From: a virus
Virus record (IMG/VR): IMGVR_UViG_3300025015_000011
Coordinates: 32,001 to 96,000 of that record
Length of the DNA: 64,000 nt
Reading direction: 5' to 3' (one strand)
How positions within the stretch are numbered: position 1 is the first letter of the stretch; every line of letters starts with the position of its first letter. Shown here one piece after another: positions 57,525-64,000 of this stretch. Below the pieces are notes generated by a model. It had not been told where the DNA came from. It made no database searches and was given only the letters and a program-made list of their open reading frames with translations. Both the position numbers and the translations under genes were made by a program.

Positions 57525-58229
57525 TTATTCTATCACACCATCAATTCCTTTTATATACCACCTGGCTTGAGTGAATATAGGAATTTCTTCATCTTTTACC
57601 CATTGACCTTCAGAATCTTGTATTATACACCAACCTCTCTTATAACCAGTTTTCAAATCATTCCAATTAAATCCTTTTTTGAGCATGAGCATATCTTGAA
57701 TCTGAGAATTATTCTTTCCTTGTAGTTCTTTATGTGAAAAATGAGCCTGACCTAACATCTGCACTGAATTTCTTGAAGCATCCTGCTGTCTCCAGACAAA
57801 GTAATTAACTACTTCTTCTTTTGGAACAGTAAAAGCTCTGCTATCAAACATGGCTAACTGAGGGTTAAGCTCATAAGATGAAGCCAAACGATTAAAATGT
57901 GCAGTAGCAATACTTGCAGAAACTGATGTTATTTTCTGTAGATTCTTCCCAAACCAAGGTTCAGTATTCAGTTTGTCATAATCAGTTACTAATATGGATA
58001 TTTCATCTGATTGAACATAAGCCAGCTTAGCTCCAGGAATATTCATACATAACTGAATAGCGGTATAGTTCATGCAGTTAATTAAAGTATCATCCCATGG
58101 CCTTTTCAATCTCTTTGTAAATGTGTGAAATGCTTTACCATCAATTCTGATAATTAAAGGCATTCTTCTTGTTAAATGAGTCTGAGATACTGCTTCATAT
58201 TTCTTCATTCTGTCACCAAGTGAATCCAT
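57525..58229 (-). CDS. Thg1-like 3'-5' nucleotidyltransferase
   Basis: RMKKYE, RIDGKAFH, YVQSDEIS, FDSR, YFVWRQQDA.RNS; ATG 58229 coupled to upstream stop. Confidence 0.93.
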   Translation of the reverse strand: MDSLGDRMKKYEAVSQTHLTRRMPLIIRIDGKAFHTFTKRLKRPWDDTLINCMNYTAIQLCMNIPGAKLAYVQSDEISILVTDYDKLNTEPWFGKNLQKITSVSASIATAHFNRLASSYELNPQLAMFDSRAFTVPKEEVVNYFVWRQQDASRNSVQMLGQAHFSHKELQGKNNSQIQDMLMLKKGFNWNDLKTGYKRGWCIIQDSEGQWVKDEEIPIFTQARWYIKGIDGVIE

Positions 58230-58999
58230 TATTTCCTCCCATTCCAAAAATCTTCAAGTAATGATATTTGCAATTCATTTATCTTTTCATAATCAGGTTT
58301 AGATGGTAAATTTGAATTAATATAAGATAGTTCTAATTGTCGTTCATATACTTCAAACATTTCCATTATCTCTTGAAGAGAATATTTGCCTCTTTTGATA
58401 TCTAGTAACAAATTGTTATGGTGAGTTGGGAGAGTTAAATTACCTTCTTTAAGAAGCTCTATCCCGAATAACATTAAACGGATAGTATGACTTGCAAATT
58501 TGCAATCAAATCCATATTTATCAAAAATTTCTTTACGTGAACCTATTCTGTTTTGACTTAGCATCTTCCATTTTTGAGAATATGCATATCCTCCAAAACG
58601 GTGTTTTATTCTCAAGGATAAAAAAATCTCTTTATTTGTTAAGATTCTTTGACCAAATTCTGTTTTATGTTGTATACATTTTTCTGGCACAAATAAAGTC
58701 TCAATTAAAGAAGGATTTCCTTCTGCAAGTAGATGAAAATACTTTATAAGAGAATAAACAACAAAATCTTTATCATCTTTGGTATTTCCTACTCCTGAAG
58801 ATGATGAGTTAGTCCTTTCTTCAAACTGTTCAAATTTACCAAGACCTATTACAAAATCCTTAGGTGGTATACAAACACCCATGAAATCTTCATCAGAATC
58901 TTGAGTATTAGTCCCATACATCTGAGACCCTACTCTAAATTTGAGTATCATTCCATTTTCAGATATTTCTTTTTTGAGTTTATCTGTTAGCGTTATCAT
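58229..58999 (-). CDS. Pol-beta superfamily nucleotidyltransferase (RlaP/YcgL-like)
   Basis: GSQMYGTNTQDSDEDFMGV, NPSLIE, K..SH.IRL, LLDIKRG, LP..PD. Confidence 0.88.
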   Translation of the reverse strand: MITLTDKLKKEISENGMILKFRVGSQMYGTNTQDSDEDFMGVCIPPKDFVIGLGKFEQFEERTNSSSSGVGNTKDDKDFVVYSLIKYFHLLAEGNPSLIETLFVPEKCIQHKTEFGQRILTNKEIFLSLRIKHRFGGYAYSQKWKMLSQNRIGSRKEIFDKYGFDCKFASHTIRLMLFGIELLKEGNLTLPTHHNNLLLDIKRGKYSLQEIMEMFEVYERQLELSYINSNLPSKPDYEKINELQISLLEDFWNGRK

Positions 59000-59244
59000 T
59001 CTACTGTCTCTACAAAGTCACTATATTCCAAAACAGGTAAAGTTAATGCTTTCTTCATCATATTTAAATCATTTTTAAGTTCTGCTAAAGTACTACCATG
59101 AGGTTCCATTGAGTCTACTGATATTGAATAAGGCTTCTTTGACCTTTTGGTTTTGTAGTATGCTTCATGAATGGCATACAATTCTTCAATTTCTCCAAAA
59201 ACTTTTACTACTTCTTGTCTAACTATTCTATAATTCCAGGGCAT
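58996..59244 (-). CDS. Hypothetical phage protein
   Basis: WNYRIV...IHEAYY...L..M.KAL..PVL. Confidence 0.7.
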   Translation of the reverse strand: MPWNYRIVRQEVVKVFGEIEELYAIHEAYYKTKRSKKPYSISVDSMEPHGSTLAELKNDLNMMKKALTLPVLEYSDFVETVE

Positions 59245-59246
59245 AA

Positions 59247-59672
59247 TTATCTCCTTAAAATTTCAATTGCTTTATCCGCATGTTGTTCTTGAAGTCCAAT
59301 TTCAAAACTAGTTTGAATATGTTTAGTATTTCCCACAAGATTCTCATCATCAAGAATAACAAAATTTTCAACTTCAGGATGAGCCCTTATCCAAGTTCTT
59401 ATTTCATCCCATCTTGACAGGCAAGATAAGATGGGAGTAGTAGATAAAACTCTGCTGCTATCAAGACCTGATAAAGTAAACCATTCTTTTATTTCTGAAA
59501 TACTTTTACCATATCTCCAAGTACTTGAAAGAACTACCATAGCATCAGTATTATCAAGTATCTTTTTTAAATGTGGTATATGGTCAGGATGAAACGGCTT
59601 GCCCTTCCAAGGAAAAGTCAATCCACCTCGGTGGTTCATTACACCATCAATGTCTAAAAATATTATGTTCAT
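59247..59672 (-). CDS. HAD phosphatase ('Swiss Army Knife' RNA-repair type)
   Basis: FLDIDGV, VLSSTWR, TP, R..EI..W, VILDD, GL. Confidence 0.88.
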   Translation of the reverse strand: MNIIFLDIDGVMNHRGGLTFPWKGKPFHPDHIPHLKKILDNTDAMVVLSSTWRYGKSISEIKEWFTLSGLDSSRVLSTTPILSCLSRWDEIRTWIRAHPEVENFVILDDENLVGNTKHIQTSFEIGLQEQHADKAIEILRR

Positions 59673-59680
59673 ATAAGTTT

Positions 59681-59754
59681 TGGTGGGCTTACCAGGAATC
59701 GGACCTGAGTCAATCGGTTAAAAGCCGAAGGCTTTACCACTAAGCTATAAGCCC
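59681..59754 (-). tRNA. tRNA-Lys (UUU)
   Basis: GGGCTTA/TAAGCCC acceptor, TTCGG-CT TTT AA-CCGAT, T arm TCAGG-TCCGATT-CCTGG, encoded ACCA. Confidence 0.9.
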
Positions 59755-59765
59755 ATATTAAATTT

Positions 59766-59800
59766 TAAGCAGTTTATTACCGTGACATGCTCAGGTCAGC
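59766..59800 (-). ncRNA. Compact H-type pseudoknot candidate
   Basis: UGAC-CUGAGCAU-GUCA stem-loop; loop UGAGCA pairs with downstream UGCUUA after an A-rich linker. Confidence 0.5.
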
Positions 59801-59804
59801 TTCA

Positions 59805-59927
59805 TTATTCTTCTTTCTTTACTTTACCACATCTTTCCATTCTTTCATCATATATTTTCTTGATTACCTTTTCAACCTTTTTCCTTTGCTCATCCTTTAT
59901 ATGTTGTTTCAAATCAAACTTTCCCAT
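59805..59927 (-). CDS. 40-aa Lys/Glu-rich small protein
   Basis: MGKFDLKQHIKDEQRKKVEKVIKKIYDERMERCGKVKKEE; GAGAG RBS; below the ORF-track cutoff. Confidence 0.5.
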   Translation of the reverse strand: MGKFDLKQHIKDEQRKKVEKVIKKIYDERMERCGKVKKEE

Positions 59928-59945
59928 ATAAATCTCTCAACTTTC

Positions 59946-59959
59946 TATAAATATTTATA
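59946..59959. promoter_or_regulatory. Overlapping divergent late promoters
   Basis: Palindrome TATAAATATTTATA = TATAAATA on both strands at the strand switch. Confidence 0.65.
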
Positions 59960-59990
59960 ATGAGAATGATAATATCAAAGGAGCATTAAA

Positions 59991-60719
59991 ATGTCAAGTG
60001 GAAATTTAGAAGAAATTCTTCAAAATCTAGAAACTCATGAGTATACTTTCAGAACTAGTCTTTTATCTGATAAATCAATAGAAGTTTCATTCAGACCCAT
60101 GAAAACCAAGGACCAGAAAGTCCTTCTGGTCAATACTGAAAATGAAACATATGTTAACCAATTAAAAGGTCTTGCTGAACTGATTAAATCCTGTATAAAA
60201 AAAAGCAAGATTAAAGTGGAAGAATTATTCATTCAAGACTTTGTATGGCTTGTCCTTAATATCAGGATGAGGTCTCTTGGTGAAAGCTTAGATATAACAG
60301 GTATTTGTACTGAATGTTCTAAAAGGACTCCAAACCTTAAAATAGACCTTGAAAAAAATATTATAGCAAAATATAGCAGTGGACTCAAGAATAATATTGT
60401 TGCTGTTACTCCAGACTTAAAAATGGTGTTAACTTTCCCTAAGGTTAAACACCTTTTATCAAAGAAATCAGATGCTCCAGTTCTTGACCTCATTGCGGAT
60501 GGTATAGATTATGTAGAATTTAAAGATAAGGTTGTTGATTTAACATCAGAAGAAAAGATAGACCTTTTAGATAAAATAGATATTAAATTCATAACCCAAT
60601 TTGAAAAGTTTGAGGCTGAAAATGATTTTGGTGTTATAATAAAGTTTGACTTTAAATGTACTCATTGTGGGGCTGATAATAAAATTGAAGTGAAGGAAAA
60701 TATCCTAAGTTTTTTTTAA
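59991..60719 (+). CDS. Baseplate hub / tail assembly chaperone (T4 gp26-like)
   Basis: FRPMKTKDQK.LL, L...D...L.L.IR.RS.GE, CTEC, CTHCG, ends in FF. Confidence 0.85.
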   Translation: MSSGNLEEILQNLETHEYTFRTSLLSDKSIEVSFRPMKTKDQKVLLVNTENETYVNQLKGLAELIKSCIKKSKIKVEELFIQDFVWLVLNIRMRSLGESLDITGICTECSKRTPNLKIDLEKNIIAKYSSGLKNNIVAVTPDLKMVLTFPKVKHLLSKKSDAPVLDLIADGIDYVEFKDKVVDLTSEEKIDLLDKIDIKFITQFEKFEAENDFGVIIKFDFKCTHCGADNKIEVKENILSFF

Positions 60720-60880
60720 GTTCTTTGAGGAATTGTCAAATAACAGATATTCTCGATGAAATATTTTACTTGAACCTTTATGCTAAAATGTCACCAGAGT
60801 ATATAGAAAATAGTACAGCATTTGAACGAGAATATTATTTACATTTACTAAAAGAAACACTTAAGAAGGAAGCAGAATAA
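60710..60880 (+). CDS. gp51-like segment in the -1 frame (probable frameshift extension)
   Basis: T8 run at 60710-17; the -1 frame reads ...EIFYLNLYAKMSPEYIENSTAFEREYYLHLLKETLKKEAE* with TAATG coupling to the next gene. Confidence 0.7.
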   Translation, partial: FFLSSLRNCQITDILDEIFYLNLYAKMSPEYIENSTAFEREYYLHLLKETLKKEAE

Positions 60881-62772
60881 TGGCAATTAAATACGGAAAG
60901 AAGAAAGCAGAGACCCCAGAAGACCTTCTAAAAAATGCAATAGAAGGTGCAATAGAGGGAATGAGGATTTCTGGTAGTCTAACAGGTCATTTTAGTAAAT
61001 CTGATTCTGATAGATTGATGAAAGCCCTGAAAGAAACTCTTTTAAAATATAAAAGTGCTACTATAGAATCTACTAAAATTTTAAATGATGTTATATCCAA
61101 ATCAGGCTCACTTACTGGTAAACCTAAAGCCGAGAAAATTCTTAGAGATATATTTGACCAAGCTCGAGAAGAATCTGGGCTTAAAGAAAAAGAAGATAAA
61201 AAAAGAGATAAAATACTAAAAGATATTCATAGAAGTGCTAAAGAATTTAATGATAGCACTTCTAAAAATTTAGAAGCTTTAAATGATAAAATGGGAGTAC
61301 GTGGCTATCTTGAGCGAAAAGATAAACCTATTGGTAAGTTTTTAGATATTTATGAACAAATTAAGAAAAGGGATGGAAAACAAGGGTTTAGTCCTATTTC
61401 ATTAATAAAGGCCTTCGGGTCTTTGTTTTCTAATTCTAAGATATTTAAATTTCTTGGATTTAGTCTTGGTTGGTTTGGAAGATTCCCTGCTTTGATTGGT
61501 TATAAAATAGGAAGCATTTTTGAGGATTATAAAAAACATAATGCAGATGTATGGGATACACAAAAGGAATACTATAAGAGATTACTTGAAGAAGGTCATA
61601 CTAAAAGAGATATTAAATCAAAAATGCAATCATTACCTGGTGGACTCGAAGGTAATGATTACACTAAAATGGCATCAGAAGCTTTTCAAGAATATATAGC
61701 TGATGCTAACCGGATGTTTAGAGTTATTGCTAGTGATTTAGCTTTATCAAAATATAAAACACCTGAAGGCAAGGAGCAGATAGCTGCTAGAGCAGAAGAA
61801 GCAGGAATAAATCCTAATATACTTAAATATATTAAAAGCGAAAATAAGTATATGAGAGAATTGAAAAAACTCATGAAAGGTCAGAAATCAGAAGGTCAAA
61901 GGTTTGAAGTAAGTGAAACACAAACAAAAGCAACTGAAGCTATTGTAGAAAGTGTTGCTGAGTCTGGTTCATATTTACAAATGATTTTTGAAGAATTAAA
62001 AATGCTCAGAGAAGACCTGCTCAATAACTCTTTTAGTGTTGAGAATCATTTACTCCTTATGAGGGAAAGTCTTGGTTCTGTTATTGAAGAATTTAAACTA
62101 TTCAGAGAAGATTACTTAAGAGAATTATTAACTCAAGAAAAAGGGGCTAAAGAAAAGGGTAAGGGCCTTTTTGGTAAAATATTAGAAATGTTACCTGGTT
62201 TTGGGCTACTCAGCAAATTATTTAAAGGTGGTGGGCTAATAAAAGGCTTAGTTGGTTTTGGTGCTGGTTTAGCAGCAACAACTGCTGCTTTAGGAATTGC
62301 TGCTTATGCTGGTTGGAAATTCGGAAAATGGTTAGATAAAACTCTCAAGCTTGGTGATAGATTCACAAGTTTATTCACTGCTCCACCAGAGACTGAAGCT
62401 GAGAATCAAAAAAGAAACCAAAAAATGGTTGAACTTTCCAAACAATGGAGAGAAGCTATAGCTAAAGGTGATAAAGAAGAAGTCAAGAAAATCCAAGCAG
62501 AGCAGAACAGAGTTCTTCATGGGGTTGAGTTAGACAAGCCTCCAGTAATAAAAGAACTTAAAAATATTATAAAAGAAAATAAACACACCGAAAAAGTTAA
62601 GTCTCAAATTGAGAAAGAAGTTCTAAAAAAGATTACGGAACAAGGTGGTGCTGTTGATAGTAAACAGCAACAAATTAATATCAATACTCCAATGCCAGCA
62701 AGATTAGATACAGTACCAAGTGGAGTAGAAGATATTGCGTTGAGAACATTTTCAGAGGGATTTTTAAGATAA
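60880..62772 (+). CDS. Tape measure / baseplate hub protein (gp29-like)
   Basis: Long helical protein with Gly/Ala hydrophobic segments, between gp26/51-like and gp48-like genes. Confidence 0.65.
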   Translation: MAIKYGKKKAETPEDLLKNAIEGAIEGMRISGSLTGHFSKSDSDRLMKALKETLLKYKSATIESTKILNDVISKSGSLTGKPKAEKILRDIFDQAREESGLKEKEDKKRDKILKDIHRSAKEFNDSTSKNLEALNDKMGVRGYLERKDKPIGKFLDIYEQIKKRDGKQGFSPISLIKAFGSLFSNSKIFKFLGFSLGWFGRFPALIGYKIGSIFEDYKKHNADVWDTQKEYYKRLLEEGHTKRDIKSKMQSLPGGLEGNDYTKMASEAFQEYIADANRMFRVIASDLALSKYKTPEGKEQIAARAEEAGINPNILKYIKSENKYMRELKKLMKGQKSEGQRFEVSETQTKATEAIVESVAESGSYLQMIFEELKMLREDLLNNSFSVENHLLLMRESLGSVIEEFKLFREDYLRELLTQEKGAKEKGKGLFGKILEMLPGFGLLSKLFKGGGLIKGLVGFGAGLAATTAALGIAAYAGWKFGKWLDKTLKLGDRFTSLFTAPPETEAENQKRNQKMVELSKQWREAIAKGDKEEVKKIQAEQNRVLHGVELDKPPVIKELKNIIKENKHTEKVKSQIEKEVLKKITEQGGAVDSKQQQININTPMPARLDTVPSGVEDIALRTFSEGFLR

Positions 62773-63609
62773 ATGAGCTGGAATAAAATTAATGGAATAT
62801 CACCAAAAAATTGGGCGAAGATGTTCCCAGGGACTGATGGAGCTTCAGATTTTGTAAAGAAAAATTTTATAAAATTTACAGCTTATTCCTCACCTGGTAT
62901 AAGATATGAAGCAACATCCACTCAAGGTGCTACTATACCTGGTAGCCCTTTGGGTTCTTATTCTTTTTATTATCCAAAAAATACTATAAGAGAAGAAATA
63001 TCACATGATTATTCTCCTTTAGAAGGAGCTTATGCTGATACCCTCCGAGCTGGTAAAGAACTAGCAGTTGATGCTGTTCGTGGTGGTATTGCTATTGCGA
63101 ATATAGGTAAAAATACTTCTCATGGTGTTCTAACAGAAGAGCCAACATATTTTTTAAAATCTGAAAAGAGAAGATTTGATATGACAATAGATTTATATTC
63201 TATATCAACTACTTCTGCTAATGATGATGTTTACAATCCTATTTTATTTTTTAAAAGGTATTCTCATGCTAGAAGAGGTGGCTCAATTGGTGGCTCATGG
63301 GATATACCATTTACTGAAAGAACAATAAATGCTAGAATTGATACAATTCACTTTCCTGGGACATTTGTATTATCAGGAGGAATGTTTGAAAGTCCAGCTT
63401 TAAGTCCTGTAAATGATGATAAAAAACATTTAGTTTTAAGAAATATGTCTGTTGAATATAACCCTGAAATTCAATTTGTTGATGAATCTGGTTATCCAGT
63501 TCATGCTAGGATGACTTTAAGTTTTGAAGAAATACAATCATTAATGCAAGAGGACTGGGCAGGAACTCCTTTAAAAGAATCAATATCAGTTACAGGTAAA
63601 AGGAGTTAA
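62773..63609 (+). CDS. Baseplate tail-tube cap (T4 gp48-like)
   Basis: FIKF.AY, YYP..I, RRFD, V.Y.P...GYPV...MTLSFEE. Confidence 0.75.
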   Translation: MSWNKINGISPKNWAKMFPGTDGASDFVKKNFIKFTAYSSPGIRYEATSTQGATIPGSPLGSYSFYYPKNTIREEISHDYSPLEGAYADTLRAGKELAVDAVRGGIAIANIGKNTSHGVLTEEPTYFLKSEKRRFDMTIDLYSISTTSANDDVYNPILFFKRYSHARRGGSIGGSWDIPFTERTINARIDTIHFPGTFVLSGGMFESPALSPVNDDKKHLVLRNMSVEYNPEIQFVDESGYPVHARMTLSFEEIQSLMQEDWAGTPLKESISVTGKRS

Positions 63610-63611
63610 TA

Positions 63612-63944
63612 ATGGCTACTTTCAAATCAATTATAAATCTTTTTGGTGAAATAACATATAATGATGTTTCTGCTCTTAATATTTTCTCTAAATATAAACT
63701 GTTTGATAAGTATAAATCAAATATACAATATTATTTTGAATATACTATCCTTGAGAATGATAGGTGGGATATTATATCTCAGAAATTCTATGGCACTTTC
63801 GAACTATGGTGGTTAATTGCTTTGTTTAATAATGTCATAAACCCATTTGAAAAAATGATGGTTGGGGAAACATTAAAAATTATTCAACCTCAACATCTTT
63901 CTGAATTACTATTGGCTATAAGAAATGTTAAGAAAAATCAATGA
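63612..63944 (+). CDS. Baseplate wedge protein (T4 gp53-like, LysM-like)
   Basis: YTILENDRWDIISQKFYG..LWWLIALFN..INPF. Confidence 0.85.
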   Translation: MATFKSIINLFGEITYNDVSALNIFSKYKLFDKYKSNIQYYFEYTILENDRWDIISQKFYGTFELWWLIALFNNVINPFEKMMVGETLKIIQPQHLSELLLAIRNVKKNQ

Positions 63945-64000
63945 TAATCAACTATACATTAAAAGATAATCAAAATACTTATATAATTAATCCTATATAT

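Noticed and set aside
492-61874. Short antisense or out-of-frame ORFs in the track (e.g. 23589-24182 -, 28572-29072 -, 33108-33455 +, 53289-53633 +)
   Set aside because: Shadows of well-supported genes; no RBS or recognisable motifs
1-64000. CRISPR array, DGR/retron, integrase or transposase
   Set aside because: No spaced repeat array in the few intergenic gaps; no reverse transcriptase, recombinase or transposase motifs; the repeats seen are coding or exact, without adenine-specific variation
1-64000. Stop-codon reassignment
   Set aside because: Conserved genes are full length in the standard code; TAA, TAG and TGA all end genes at coupled junctions; no suppressor tRNA
63941-64000. Start of the next ORF (possibly a gp27-like hub)
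   Set aside because: Only 20 codons visible; cannot be assigned

Overview
AT-rich segment of a large T4-like (myovirus) phage genome, standard genetic code; host not determinable, though a pilin-like gene and spanin-like genes suggest a diderm. The + strand (1-30755) holds the replication/recombination core (gp47/46, gp44/62, RegA, gp32, ligase, topoisomerase II B-subunit). It also carries accessory genes: a pilin-like membrane protein, RtcB, DHH and metallophosphoesterases, a NMNAT-Nudix + NAMPT NAD salvage pair, a 9-gene glycosyltransferase/methyltransferase/radical-SAM cluster, an HNH endonuclease and tRNA-Leu. The - strand (30759-55078) is a late virion block: gp3, gp25, gp6, a wedge protein, three tailspikes/fibres sharing an N-terminal anchor, a GH108 endolysin, lysis membrane proteins, and a mosaic array of Ig-like adaptors, repeat scaffolds and beta-helix proteins, three with signal peptides. 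A - strand tRNA-repair island (CCA enzyme, Thg1, RlaP-type NTase, HAD, tRNA-Lys) follows at 55132-59927, then a + strand baseplate hub/tape-measure block. Signals not in the ORF track: a ~160-nt pseudoknotted ncRNA candidate after gp32, an aberrant tRNA-like RNA, an H-type pseudoknot before tRNA-Lys, two RBS-occluding hairpins with a late promoter in the loop, two probable ATT start codons, and candidate -1 and +1 frameshift sites. All protein calls come from motif recognition by eye, not database searches.
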